A stretch of DNA of 64,000 nt from Bacillota bacterium (GTDB taxonomy: Bacteria > Bacillota > Sulfobacillia > JACIYH01). A model generated the notes under the pieces. The model did no database searches. It saw only the letters and a list, made by a program, of their open reading frames with translations, and had not been told where the DNA came from. Numbering within the stretch: the stretch's first letter is position 1; each line of letters starts with the position of its first letter. Positions 46,186 through 56,507 of this stretch are shown here, one piece after another. Location of the stretch: NCBI GenBank assembly GCA_030019365.1, contig JASEFA010000006.1, positions 56,393 to 120,392 of the forward strand, read 5' to 3'. The translations under genes and the position numbers were made by a program.

Positions 46186-47363
46186 CCCCCGCGGAACTCG
46201 GTGCTGGGCCTGAAACCTGCATACGCCGCCGCCGCCTCCCCCAGGGCCCGGAGGGCGCCTTTCCCGTCGGCGGGACGGTCCATCTCGGCCAGGCACTCGG
46301 CCATGGCCTGCACGGCCCGCTCCAGTTCGGCGACGGTTACGTTACCCATGTGCCCCACCCGGAAAGCCTTCCCGGCCAGGGGTCCCAGGGCCCCGGCCAC
46401 GGTTATGCCCCGGGCGGCCATGAGGCGCCGGAAGGTGGCGTCGTCGAGCCCCTCAGGGTAGACCACCGTGGTGGTGGTGGACGCGGCTGCTTCCTCCACC
46501 GGCAGGGGCGTCAGGCCCAGGGCCCGCAGCGCCGCCCGCATCCCCCGCCCGTAGGCCAGGTGCCGCCCGTACCGCCGGGTGAGACCCTCCCGGAAAATGA
46601 TGTCCAGGGCCACGTCCATGGCAAACACCATGTTTACGGCCGGGGTGGCGAAGTAGCGGCTGGGCTCCTCCATCACCGGGCGCCAGTTGGCAATGTCGGA
46701 GTAGTAGGCGGGAACGCGGCTCATGCGGGCCCGCGCCTCAAGGGCCCGCGGCCCGAAGCCCACCAGCGCCAGCCCGGGAGGTACCCCCAGGGCCTTCTGC
46801 GAACCGGTGAGCACCACGTCGATGCCGTACTTCTCCATGTCTTCATCGATACCACCGGTGGCACACACGCCATCCAGGATGAATAGTGCGCCGGCCTCCC
46901 GGATGACCGGGCCCACAGCGGCTATGTCCGCCACCACCCCGGTGGAGGTATCCACATGCGTGATGGTGACGGCCCGGTAAGACTGCTGCCCCAGCTGGGC
47001 GCCGATCTCCTCCACCGGCACCCGCTTGCCCCACCCGGCCCGGAGAACGTCCACCTCGATGCCGAAGGCCCGGGCCAGGGGGACGAAGCGGTCCCCGAAG
47101 TATCCGTGGGAAACCACCAGCACCCGTTCCCCCGGCGCCAGGGTGTTCACCAGGGCCATCTCCATGGAAAGGGTACCCGTCCCCGCCACCACGTACGCCT
47201 CCCGCGCCCCCATGATCTGGCGCACGCGGGAGATGACACACCGGAAGACCTCCACGAAGCGGGGATCGGTGTGAGCCAGTACCGGCCGGGCCAGGCCCTC
47301 CAGGACCTCGTCCACCACCGGCGTGGGTCCGGGGATCAAAACCAGCGTATCGCTTTTCACCAC
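46182..47363 (-). CDS. class V aminotransferase (serine-pyruvate / alanine-glyoxylate type)
   Basis: LIPGPTPV N-terminus and the PLP lysine in LTGSQKALGVPPGLA. Confidence 0.88.
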   Translation of the reverse strand: MVKSDTLVLIPGPTPVVDEVLEGLARPVLAHTDPRFVEVFRCVISRVRQIMGAREAYVVAGTGTLSMEMALVNTLAPGERVLVVSHGYFGDRFVPLARAFGIEVDVLRAGWGKRVPVEEIGAQLGQQSYRAVTITHVDTSTGVVADIAAVGPVIREAGALFILDGVCATGGIDEDMEKYGIDVVLTGSQKALGVPPGLALVGFGPRALEARARMSRVPAYYSDIANWRPVMEEPSRYFATPAVNMVFAMDVALDIIFREGLTRRYGRHLAYGRGMRAALRALGLTPLPVEEAAASTTTTVVYPEGLDDATFRRLMAARGITVAGALGPLAGKAFRVGHMGNVTVAELERAVQAMAECLAEMDRPADGKGALRALGEAAAAYAGFRPSTEFRGG

Positions 47364-47379
47364 ACGACCCCTCCCCCGA

Positions 47380-48591
47380 TCAGCGCTTCTTCTTTTTTCT
47401 GCGCGACCGCTTCTTGCCGCCCGCCGGACGCGCGGCGCGCGCCCCAGTCCCCGGTCGGGCAGTGCGCGCGTCCTCCGGCATCACCGCCTCGCGCGCGTCC
47501 TCCGCGGCCGGCACCTCGCGCCCTTCCCCTGCAACGCGCGCTCCGGCGGTCCGCCCTCTCTGGCGCGGCCCGGCGGCACCCTCGGCCGGTGCCGGCCGGG
47601 ACAGGGTCCGGGCGGGGGCGGCGCGGGGGGCCGGAGCCGGACGCAGGCGGTCCCGCTCGCCGGGCCGCAGGCGGGTCGCCTCCGCCGCGCGGCGCCGGGA
47701 CCGCTCTTCCCACTCCCGCCACCAGACCCAGATAGGACTGGCGATGAAGATGGACGAGTAGGTGCCGCTGATGACACCGATGGCCAGGGCCAGGGCGAAA
47801 TCCCTGGTGGTCTTGCCGCCAAACAGCAGCACCGCCATCACGGCGAAGAAGACCGTAAGCGAGGTCTTGATGGAGCGGCCCACCACCTGATTGATGCTCA
47901 GGTTGGCCACCTCGGCGTAGCTCTGTCCGCGCTGCCTCAGCTTCAGGTTCTCCCGGATACGGTCGAACACCACCACCGTGTCCATGACGGAATAACCCAC
48001 GATGGTGAGCACGGCCGCCACAAAGGGGGCCCCCACCTCCACCCGGAAGAGGGCAAAGGCTCCCAGCACGATCACGGCGTCGTGGAACAGGGCCAGTACC
48101 GCCGCCACCCCGAAGCGGTACTCGAACCGGAAGGCGAGGTAGATCAGGATACCCACCAGAGCGATGAGCACCGCCAGCACCGCCTGCATGATCAGGTTGC
48201 GGGCGATCACCCCGTGGACATCCTCGGCGCGCAGGACGGTGGCCTTGCCAAACTCCTTCTCAAGGGCCCCCAGCAGCGCGTTCCGCGCCTCCACACTCAA
48301 AGAGCGGGTGCGGATGAGCACCAGCCGGGGATCGGCCTGGTCCTGCTGGATGATGGCCTCTCCCAGGCCCTGCCCCAACACCACGTTCCGCACCCGGCCC
48401 AGCTCGACGGGCTGGTCGAACCGCACATCCAGGATGGTGCCCCCGGTGAAGTCGATGCCGAAGTTCAGGGCCCCACGCCCGGTGGCCATACCCATAACCA
48501 TGGAGGCGATGCCGATCACGATGAGGGCGAGGGAGATGCTTACCCAGAGCTTCGCCCGGCCGATGAAGTCGACGTGGTACAAGCCCCTCAC
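47380..48591 (-). CDS. secF: protein translocase subunit SecF with long basic C-terminal tail
   Basis: FIGRAKLWVSISLALI and GIDFTGGT form the SecF core. GTG at 48591 overlaps the secD stop (GTGA). The last ~110 aa are Arg/Ala/Pro-rich and end in KKRSRRKKKKR. Confidence 0.92.
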   Translation of the reverse strand: MRGLYHVDFIGRAKLWVSISLALIVIGIASMVMGMATGRGALNFGIDFTGGTILDVRFDQPVELGRVRNVVLGQGLGEAIIQQDQADPRLVLIRTRSLSVEARNALLGALEKEFGKATVLRAEDVHGVIARNLIMQAVLAVLIALVGILIYLAFRFEYRFGVAAVLALFHDAVIVLGAFALFRVEVGAPFVAAVLTIVGYSVMDTVVVFDRIRENLKLRQRGQSYAEVANLSINQVVGRSIKTSLTVFFAVMAVLLFGGKTTRDFALALAIGVISGTYSSIFIASPIWVWWREWEERSRRRAAEATRLRPGERDRLRPAPAPRAAPARTLSRPAPAEGAAGPRQRGRTAGARVAGEGREVPAAEDAREAVMPEDARTARPGTGARAARPAGGKKRSRRKKKKR

Positions 48592-49919
48592 CCCCTGACG
48601 CCCCACACGGCCCTGACCTTGCCGAACAGGGCGGAATCCATCACCAGCCGCAGCAGGTACCTGGTTATGAACACGCCGGTGATGATTGTGGTCACCACAC
48701 CTATCAGCAGGGTAACCGCGAATCCCCGGATGGGCCCAGTCCCGAAGTAGTAGAGCACGATGGCGGCGATGATGGTGGTGGCGTTGGAGTCAATGATGGT
48801 GCGCAAAGAGTGGGAGAAACCGGAGTCTATGGCGGACCGGGCCGTGCGCCCGGTGCGCAGCTCCTCCCGCACCCGTTCGAAGATGATGATGTTGGCGTCC
48901 ACCGCCATCCCCATGCCCAGCAGCACACCGGCGATGCCGGGCAGAGTCAGGGTGGCGTTGAGGGTGACCATCGCCCCCATGAAGAGGAGGCCGTATATCC
49001 CCAGGGCGAAGGCCGCCACCAGCCCCGGGACCCGGTAGTGCGCGATCAGGAAGATGAGGATGAGCCCGATCGCTATGGCCACCGCCACCTTCGAGCGGGC
49101 GATGGAATCGGAGCCCAGGGTGGCGGACACGGTGCGGTTTTCCACGATCTGGAGCTTCACGGGCAGCGCGCCGGAGGTGAGCACCGCCGCCACCCGCTTG
49201 GCCTCGTCGTACGTCTCGTAACCCCTGATGATGGCCTCTCCCGTGGGGATGGGTTCCTGGACGACGGGCGACTGTACCAGCTCCTCGTCGAGATAGATAG
49301 AGATCTGCTGCCCCACGTACTTGGTGGTGGCCTCGGCGAACCGCCGGGCACCGTCGCCCTTGAACTTGAGCGCTACCACGTACTCCCCGCCCGGACCGAT
49401 CTGGGCATCCGCCGACAGGAGGTCGTCACCGGTAACCACGGTCTTGCCCTCGGGATCCTTGAACGTGAGCACGGCTGTGCGGCCGATGAGGGCGATGGCC
49501 TGGTCGGGGTCTTTGATGCCGGGAAGCTCCACGATGATCCGCCGCGCCCCCTGCCTCTGGATGACGGGCTCCACCACGCCCATTCCGTTGACCCGGCGGC
49601 TGATCACGTCCACCACCTTGCGCATGCCGTCTTCGGTTACCGGCCGCTCCGGGGTGTCGACGCCCTCCATGACCACGTGGATGCCACCCTGCAGGTCGAG
49701 CCCCAGGTTCACCATGCCCAGCAAGGGCTGCACCCGGGTAAAATAAAAAGCGCCCGCGAGCACCAGGACGACCAGAGTGATCAGGGCCATGCGGGACCGG
49801 GCCGCCCCCCGCGTGCGCCGGTACCCCAGGATCCACCCCAGCACCACCAGGGCCGCCCCCAGCAGCGCAGCCGCCAGGTAGAGCGGCTCGGCGGCCAGGG
49901 CCTTAATCCAGGAAAACAC
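48588..49919 (-). CDS. secD: protein translocase subunit SecD
   Basis: NLGLDLQGGIHVV and the RND-like C-terminal TM bundle. GTG at 49919 follows AAAGGGGGG at 9 nt and lies downstream of a consensus promoter. ORF start 50000 lies upstream of that promoter. Confidence 0.92.
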   Translation of the reverse strand: MFSWIKALAAEPLYLAAALLGAALVVLGWILGYRRTRGAARSRMALITLVVLVLAGAFYFTRVQPLLGMVNLGLDLQGGIHVVMEGVDTPERPVTEDGMRKVVDVISRRVNGMGVVEPVIQRQGARRIIVELPGIKDPDQAIALIGRTAVLTFKDPEGKTVVTGDDLLSADAQIGPGGEYVVALKFKGDGARRFAEATTKYVGQQISIYLDEELVQSPVVQEPIPTGEAIIRGYETYDEAKRVAAVLTSGALPVKLQIVENRTVSATLGSDSIARSKVAVAIAIGLILIFLIAHYRVPGLVAAFALGIYGLLFMGAMVTLNATLTLPGIAGVLLGMGMAVDANIIIFERVREELRTGRTARSAIDSGFSHSLRTIIDSNATTIIAAIVLYYFGTGPIRGFAVTLLIGVVTTIITGVFITRYLLRLVMDSALFGKVRAVWGVRG

Positions 49920-49953
49920 GCACAGGAACCCCCCTTTTCGTCTCACCAGGGGG

Positions 49954-49982
49954 ATTATATGGCCTGTCCCCCGGGGTGTCAA
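49954..49982 (-). promoter_or_regulatory. consensus sigma-A promoter upstream of secD
   Basis: Minus strand TTGACA-N17-TATAAT, a perfect match to both hexamers and the spacing. Confidence 0.7.
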
Positions 49983-50039
49983 CGCGACCGCAGCGGACAC
50001 GCGACCGCAGCGGGCGAGCGCGGCGGGTGGGTGCGCACA

Positions 50040-50708
50040 TCAGGCGATGGAGATGCCGTTGAACTCCAGCTCGAAGCGGCAACCCAGGAAGCGAGCCGCC
50101 CGCCGGCAGAGGAGCGTGCGGTCGAGGAATATCTCGAAGTAGTCCATCACCCCGCACACCTGGGTATCGATGGTGAGCTCCAGGCGCAGGGAGCGATGCA
50201 CCGGGCCCACGCGCAGGAAGGATCGGGTCACGGCGTAGTTGACCCGGTCGTGGATGTCGAAGGTGGCCGGGTCGCGATTGCGCACCCGCGTGCGATGCAC
50301 ATCGGACTTGTCGGCCAGAATGAGGGCTGCCCCCACCGCGTTGGTGGGTTCTCCGTCCAGCTCATCATGGTTGCCGATGGCGGCCACGACGGCCGCCACC
50401 TCCCCCGGTGGCATCCCCATGTCGCTCAGTATCTGAGCGGAAAGCACGGCCCCCGTCTGCCAGTGACGGGGGCGGCCGGCCAGGTTCCCCACGTCGTGCA
50501 GGTATCCCGCTATTGCTGCCAGCTCCGCCGGTCGCTCGGCATGCCCCAGGTGGGTCAGGATATTGCGGGCGATGCTGGACACCAGACCGGCATGGCGCAG
50601 CCCGTGCTCGGTGTATCCCACCGCCTCGAGATACTCATCCACCGCCCGCAGGTATGCCTGCACCCGGCGGTCGGCCCTGACCGCGTCCAGGGTGACCGGC
50701 TGCGACAT
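50040..50708 (-). CDS. HD-domain phosphohydrolase
   Basis: HGLRH...YLHDVGN...GNHDE motifs. ATG at 50708; the ORF-track start 50996 overlaps selB. Confidence 0.8.
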   Translation of the reverse strand: MSQPVTLDAVRADRRVQAYLRAVDEYLEAVGYTEHGLRHAGLVSSIARNILTHLGHAERPAELAAIAGYLHDVGNLAGRPRHWQTGAVLSAQILSDMGMPPGEVAAVVAAIGNHDELDGEPTNAVGAALILADKSDVHRTRVRNRDPATFDIHDRVNYAVTRSFLRVGPVHRSLRLELTIDTQVCGVMDYFEIFLDRTLLCRRAARFLGCRFELEFNGISIA

Positions 50709-50772
50709 CCGCTTCTGTTCTCCGGGCAGGCGCCTGTCACCCGCCAGGGGCTCCTCAGCCGACAAAGGGCCC

Positions 50773-52845
50773 TCAGCCCCCTTTCCTCTGCTGTCCGCTG
50801 CCGGTCTCGCCGGCTTCCTCTCCTGCCGCATCCCCCGGCAGATCGCCTGCCGGCTCCCCTGGCAGGTCCGCGGGTAGATGCCGTGCCGGACCCTGCGTCC
50901 GGGCTGCGGAACCCGCACCGCCGTGCAGCACCCGGAGGTCGCCGGACCGTCGGGTGATCCGGACCGAATCCAGGTGCTCCAGCAGGGGGATGGCATACTT
51001 GCGGGTGGTCCCCAGCAAATCGCGAAACTGGGCTGCCGTCATGGCGCCGTGCTCGCGCAGGAACCCGGTGACCGCGTCCTGCAGCTCCCGGTAGGCGGAA
51101 GACGCCAGGTAAAGCTCCCCGCCGATGCGCACGACCTCCCCTTCCTGGGCCAGCGTCTCCAGCAGGTCGGCGGCGTGCTCCCTTTCCACACCCGTCCTGG
51201 CGACCTCCTCCACCAGTTCACCGGCAGTGGGCGGCGAGAACCGCCCTCCGGCCAGCTTCTCCAGCACCAGGCGCCGGGCGTGCGCCAGGACACCCGTGGT
51301 GGCAGGGCGGAAATCGAAAGCGCAGACCCGGTCTCCCGCCGCGCGTACCATCCCTTCCCTCTCCCACCGGAGGAGAAGCGCGGAAAAGGCGCGGGCGTCT
51401 CCGACTCCCAATCTCTGGCGCAACTCCCCCCGCGGCATGCCTGCGCGGGCGGGATACCGGGCATGGTAGCCGGCCAGCAACTCGGCCGCCCGCCGCCGCA
51501 GGGCTGACATGCGCGCCGCGGAAGCCCACCACTCCCCGGCGCCCCCCTCCTCCGGCCCCGATATCCTCTCGACCCGGCCCCCGACCAGCATTTCCTTCAG
51601 CGTGGCGGAAGCGTCGGCCGGGGCCAGACCCAGCCTGCTCACCAGGTCCTCCGCAGCGTGCAGGGGATCACCTTCTTCGAGGAGAGCCACCAGCTCTCCC
51701 GAAATCCCCCCTCCCTCGAGTTCGCGCAGGGATTCCAGGTGGGATGCCACATAGCGCCGGTGCCGGGAATGGGGGGCCAGGACGGTCCCCCCGCCCACGG
51801 TGCGGGGCGGAGACCAGAAACGGATGACGAAACGGTCTCCACGCGCCGCCGCCATCTCTTCCTCCAGGCGGAACCGGGCCAGGCAGCTGGTCCCCGGCGC
51901 CAGTTCCTCCCGGTCGAGCAGTACCACCCGGGCCGGTGCTTCTGCCGTGCCCAGGTGGAAGTGCACCCGGGTCCCCGACCGCAGTGAAGACGCACCATTC
52001 AGCAGTTCCAGCCGCGCCGCCAGTCGGGCCGTGGAAGAAAAGACGCCGGGGGCGCACACCACGTGCCCCCGCTCCACCTGCCGGTGCTCAAGGCCGGCCA
52101 GGTTGAGCGCCACCCGCTGCCCGGCCGTCCCTTCCTCGACCCGTTCCCCATGGACCTGGACCTGGCGCACCCGCGCCTCCCTGCCTCCCGGCAGCACCTC
52201 CACTGCATCCCCGATCCGTACCGTACCGCTCACCAGGGTCCCCGTCACCACGGTGCCGAATCCGGGGACAGTGAAAACGCGATCAACCGGCAGGCGCACC
52301 GGGCCGCGGGAGTCACGACCGGGCACCCGGCCCAGCAACCGATCGAGCTCTCCGAGCAGCGTATCCAGCCCCTGCCCCGTCACACTGGAGACGGGGACCA
52401 CGGGGGAATCCGCCAGGAACGTTCCCGCCAGGTAATTGCGGACGTCCTCTTCCGCCATCTGGAGCCATTCGGGGTCCACCAGGTCCACCTTGGTGAGGGC
52501 CACCAGCCCGTGCCGCACTCCCAGCAGGGAGAGAATCTCCACGTGCTCCCGGGTCTGGGGCATGACGCCCTCGTCCGCCGCCACCACCAGGATCACCAGG
52601 TCCATACCCGCGGCGCCGGCTACCATGTGATGCACGAAGCGCTCGTGCCCGGGCACGTCCACCACCCCGGCCCGTCTTCCCGACGGCAGGCGCAGGGGGG
52701 CAAATCCCAGCTCGATGGATATCCCCCGCGCCCTTTCCTCCGGCAGACGGTCGGTGTCCACTCCCGTAAGGGCCCGGATGAGGGCCGTCTTGCCGTGGTC
52801 CACGTGTCCTGCTGTCCCTATTATGGCCCGTCCGCTTGCTGGCAC
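50773..52845 (-). CDS. selB: selenocysteine-specific translation elongation factor
   Basis: [29 protein letters not shown] and TKVD form the G domain. Domains II-IV and winged-helix repeats follow. GTG at 52845 sits 7 codons before IIGTAGH; GTG 52851 is the alternative. Confidence 0.92.
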   Translation of the reverse strand: MPASGRAIIGTAGHVDHGKTALIRALTGVDTDRLPEERARGISIELGFAPLRLPSGRRAGVVDVPGHERFVHHMVAGAAGMDLVILVVAADEGVMPQTREHVEILSLLGVRHGLVALTKVDLVDPEWLQMAEEDVRNYLAGTFLADSPVVPVSSVTGQGLDTLLGELDRLLGRVPGRDSRGPVRLPVDRVFTVPGFGTVVTGTLVSGTVRIGDAVEVLPGGREARVRQVQVHGERVEEGTAGQRVALNLAGLEHRQVERGHVVCAPGVFSSTARLAARLELLNGASSLRSGTRVHFHLGTAEAPARVVLLDREELAPGTSCLARFRLEEEMAAARGDRFVIRFWSPPRTVGGGTVLAPHSRHRRYVASHLESLRELEGGGISGELVALLEEGDPLHAAEDLVSRLGLAPADASATLKEMLVGGRVERISGPEEGGAGEWWASAARMSALRRRAAELLAGYHARYPARAGMPRGELRQRLGVGDARAFSALLLRWEREGMVRAAGDRVCAFDFRPATTGVLAHARRLVLEKLAGGRFSPPTAGELVEEVARTGVEREHAADLLETLAQEGEVVRIGGELYLASSAYRELQDAVTGFLREHGAMTAAQFRDLLGTTRKYAIPLLEHLDSVRITRRSGDLRVLHGGAGSAARTQGPARHLPADLPGEPAGDLPGDAAGEEAGETGSGQQRKGG

Positions 52846-53242
52846 CCGCACCCACCCCCCGCCTATATGGAGGCGGGACCTCCTTATCCCAGAATACCCA
52901 CCCGCGCTAATGCCATGAAGAGCTACCACCACACCATGCTGCGATCCCTCCCCGGTCGCCGCTGTAATCTCGCGCGGAACTCCGCCCCGAAAGCTTCGCT
53001 GCACCCATACCGCACCCCTGCCCGGGGCGGGGCGTACCATGCCCGCAGGTGCCGCATCACCGCATGGCAGGTGCCCGGCGGGAACAGAGCGGCGCCGCGT
53101 CCGCGCAGGACCGGCGCCGGGAACCGGCGAATCTAACCCGGGTGGGAGTTTCCTTACTCCGGCGGAAGGGAGCGACGGCACCTTGCCTGCACGCACACGG
53201 AAGAGAGACCGGAGTGCCGGTCCCGCAGACTACGCATTCACC

Positions 53243-53995
53243 GTGGCCACCGTGGGCCTGGTGGGCTACGCCATGGGCCTGGCCCGGGGCTCCACCCTGC
53301 TGTACCTTTCCGGCGCCCTCCTCCTTGCCAGCCTCGCCACCCTTCTTCCCCAGGTCCGAGCATTCCGCGGGGTCGCCACCGCACTGCTGGGGGTGTGCCT
53401 CGGCCTCTATCTGGCCGGTCTGGTCACGCCCGCCGCGCTCCCCGCCTCCGTCGCCAACGCCCGCCCGGAAGTGGCGAACGCCGCATTCAAGGTCGTCTGG
53501 ATCATGACGGCCGTGCTCGTGGCCCTCATCGCCGGCTGGAGGATGCGCGACCTGGGCGCACCCTGGGGCCGTGTCACTGCGGGCTGGTGGGTCCGGGGGA
53601 TGGCCGTGGCGGCGGCAGTCCTCATCTTCTACCGCTATCTCTACCGCCCCCCCGCTCCCCTGGTGACCAACCTTCCCACGTACTGGCCGTATGCTGCCGG
53701 CATCTGCGTTTTCTTCGGGATATCCAACGGCCTGGCGGAAGAGTATCTCTTCCGGCGTCTCGCCCTGGTGCAACTGGTCGATTTCCTGGGGCCGACCTGG
53801 GGCCTGCTGTCCCAGGCCCTCCTTTACGGCCTCATCCACCTGGGACCAAGCTCGCGGCCGAGCGGACCGGCCGGAGCACTGGTCATGGCCGGGCTGGGAT
53901 GGTTCCTGGGCAGGAGCGCGCACAGCACCAGGGGCCTGGCCCTGGCCGTCGCCGTCCACGCCATCATAGACACCTTCATCTTCTGGTGGAGTTGA
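53243..53995 (+). CDS. CPBP-family intramembrane glutamic endopeptidase
   Basis: AEEYLFRR, GLIH and AVHAIID motifs. The start is uncertain (GTG 53243 or ATG 53273). Confidence 0.8.
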   Translation: MATVGLVGYAMGLARGSTLLYLSGALLLASLATLLPQVRAFRGVATALLGVCLGLYLAGLVTPAALPASVANARPEVANAAFKVVWIMTAVLVALIAGWRMRDLGAPWGRVTAGWWVRGMAVAAAVLIFYRYLYRPPAPLVTNLPTYWPYAAGICVFFGISNGLAEEYLFRRLALVQLVDFLGPTWGLLSQALLYGLIHLGPSSRPSGPAGALVMAGLGWFLGRSAHSTRGLALAVAVHAIIDTFIFWWS

Positions 53996-54063
53996 AAGGC
54001 TGACGTCCGGCCGCGGGCACCGCCCGGGGTGCCGTCGGGGGCTGCCACGGCTAGCTGGCCGAG

Positions 54064-54876
54064 TCAGCTGGAAAGCAGGGCTCTGATGGCGGCGGCCACC
54101 GGGTGAGGCTGGCCCGGGTCCATGACCAGGTCGGCGGCCGCCTTGACCTGCTCGCTCGCCCAGGGCATGGCCACCCCCGTACCCGCCCACCGGAGCATCC
54201 CTTCGTCCAGGGGACTATCCCCCATGGCCACCACTTCCTCCGGGGAGATGCCGGCCCGCGCGCACAGGCGGGCCAGGGCCTCTCCCTTTTCCGCCGGTCG
54301 CGGGAGCACCTTGAGATAACAGAGATCCCCCGAACGCAGGGGTACGAAGCGAGCATCGCGCCCCGGGAATGCCTCCAGGACGGCAGCCACGGCCTCCTCG
54401 CCGAAGATGTCAAACTGGGGGACCGGCACCGGCCCGTCCCGCCGCAGCTTCCGGTACGCAGCGGGAACGGAGGGGACCACACGCACCCCCGGCGGGGGAC
54501 CGTCGGGGGTGCGACCGGGGAGTCTGAGCCACACCCGCGTGTATATCTCGTCGTCCACATACAGTCCATAGAGAGCCGGGCCATCCGCCAGGAACTCCAG
54601 CAGGTCGTTCACCAGATCCGGGGGCAACACGTGCATCTCCTGCACCCGTTCGTCAGCGGGATCGACCACCTTCGCTCCGCAGTAACAGATCACCGGGTAG
54701 GTGGGCTTGACGTGGGCCACGTAATCCCGCGCCGAGAGCCATCTCCGGCCCGTGACGATGGTGATCCCGATCCCCCGCTTCCGCGCCTCCTCAAGGGCGG
54801 CCAGGTTCTCAGCGCTGATCGACCCATCCGCTCCCAGGAGGGTGTCATCCAGGTCCAAAGCAAGTAGCCGTATCAA
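54064..54876 (-). CDS. Cof-type HAD-IIB phosphatase
   Basis: LALDLDDTLL nucleophile motif and VAMGDSPLDEGML motif IV. TTG at 54876 follows GAGGGGGG at 5 nt. Confidence 0.88.
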   Translation of the reverse strand: MIRLLALDLDDTLLGADGSISAENLAALEEARKRGIGITIVTGRRWLSARDYVAHVKPTYPVICYCGAKVVDPADERVQEMHVLPPDLVNDLLEFLADGPALYGLYVDDEIYTRVWLRLPGRTPDGPPPGVRVVPSVPAAYRKLRRDGPVPVPQFDIFGEEAVAAVLEAFPGRDARFVPLRSGDLCYLKVLPRPAEKGEALARLCARAGISPEEVVAMGDSPLDEGMLRWAGTGVAMPWASEQVKAAADLVMDPGQPHPVAAAIRALLSS

Positions 54877-54989
54877 CGTAGCCCCCCTCACTCACGTTGC
54901 CCCCCCCGCACCAGCCTCCAAGGCCCTCTCGCGCCCCGTGGCAGCGCACCGTACCCGCCCGGGAAAGCAGGAAAGGCCGGTGCACAGCA

Positions 54990-55411
54990 CCCATCATGCT
55001 CCACCAGTGGCTCCTTGTCAACATGACAGACCGCGCGCCCTGACAGACCGCGCGCGCAGAAGCCCCACACGAACAGCCCCGCGTGAATGAAGTTGCGCGC
55101 GGCGCCCTGCCCGAGGGGCCCCCCTCGATGACCCGCTCGATGATGTAAGGCGGGTAGGGCAGCCTTGGTTCTTTGAAGTAGCCCACCTGGACCTCGAGAC
55201 AATGGTCCAGGGCGGCCAGGTGCAGGTCTTTCTTGCTCCCGAAATGGCGGAAAAGCAGTCCCTTCGAGATGCCGGCCTCCCTCACGATGGTGTTGGTCGA
55301 AGCCCTGGCATACCGTTCCTGAAAACTCAATGATACCTGCAGTTTCCTGGCAATATCGTTAGGCACGCCGGGCGAACAGCTTTCCCGACGATTTGCGCCG
55401 GGGATTCCCAC
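54990..55411 (-). pseudogene. TetR-family regulator, probably frameshifted
   Basis: The N-terminal HTH is intact (FQERYARASTNTIVREAGISKGLLFRHFGSKKDL). The reading frame seems to switch at a G6C4 run (~55125). The C-terminal part contains a 17-bp tandem duplication. Confidence 0.5.
55024..55057. repeat. 17-bp tandem duplication
   Basis: TGACAGACCGCGCGCCC / TGACAGACCGCGCGCGC, 16 of 17 positions identical. The unit length is not a multiple of 3. Confidence 0.85.
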
Positions 55412-56263
55412 CCCGGGACCGGGGATAGACCATCACCAGGCGGGCCGTGCGGCATGGCCGCCCGTGCCACCCGGGATAGGGGTAGCCCCCTGCCCCGGCC
55501 TCCCTCGGAGAGACGCCGACCACGTGCCCCTCGGGCACGCAGCCCCTGGGATAAACGCCTCCAGTCTGACCAGACGTGCCTCGTGCGATTCCTTACAGGT
55601 AGCACGAGGGCGGACCTGGACCGGAGCCGCTCCCCAAACCGCAAGCCCCGCCGCGCTATCGCCACCGCGCCCCGCCGCTGCATGGGCCGATAGCCCGTAC
55701 CCGGAGCGCCGGTCAATCACCTGCCGCACCCGGCTCAGTTCCTCCACTAGCGGCCACCTCCACCATATCCTGTGTGTAATGATTAGATAGGCGCACACAG
55801 GCTTCCTTCCAAAACGAGAGGCCTGACAGATTATTTTGCAGGCCCCTCAGCTAATCACAACATGCATGCCTATCCTGGCAACTTTCAATTTCTCTGCGAT
55901 GACACGGATTCCCGCTCCGCGATTCACCGCACACCGCCGGGTCTCTCCGTTCATCAAACTCCTGCCTGCCCAACGGGCTGAGGCCCAGCACCCCAGGGAT
56001 GGCTCCCTGCCGCTCGAAATGGTCGGTGACCGGTACTTTGACTCACTCTTCCATCCGTCGGCTGCAAGTATTGCTGGGAAACGGCATAGCTTGCTGGGTA
56101 TCTCGCCTGCTGCTGACAACCCCCTTTTCCGCGAACTCCCTGACAGATGCCTCCAAGTTTCTCTCGCCTGTCCGCTGGAAGCCTGCCCGGTTCGTCCAAA
56201 GGATCACCCCTTATCGCCTGGGGGCGTGGCCGCCCGGGGACCGGGCCGGGCGGGGTCCGGCAC

Positions 56264-56507
56264 CTACAGCAGGATGTCCTTCCGCCCGTACGCAGCGCAG
56301 GTCGCGGCCAGCGCGGCAGCGTTGACTGCCAGCATGATGGCCAGGTACGCCCCGCCGATCCCACGCGGCGCTCGCCCACTTCATCGGGGTCACATACTTG
56401 AGGAACCTGAGCCTGTCGCTGATGTCCGCCCCTATCTGCAACGCGTACATGACCAGCACGAACCCGTGCGCTCCCGAGTAAACCGTCCGGTTCCTGGTCA
56501 CGAACAC
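56264..56507 (-). pseudogene. ABC-2-type permease remnant (C-terminal ~80 codons, frameshifted)
   Basis: It starts at the ATPase stop. FVLVMYALQIGADISDRLRFLKYVTPMKWAS is in one frame and GIGGAYLAIMLAVNAAALAATCAAYGRKDILL-stop is in another. Far too short for an intact permease. Confidence 0.4.

Noticed and set aside
52846-53242. Possible tRNA-Sec (selC) or another RNA gene in the ~400-bp region upstream of selB.
   Set aside because: The only TCA in a loop-like context (GCTCTTCATGGC) has T at position 37. No flanking anticodon stem, long variable arm or T-loop GTTCGAATC could be built on either strand.
55847-56263. A possible second TetR-like remnant downstream of the permease fragment (..ASVREFAEKGVV..).
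   Set aside because: The similarity covers only a dozen residues and needs several frame changes, which is too weak to call.
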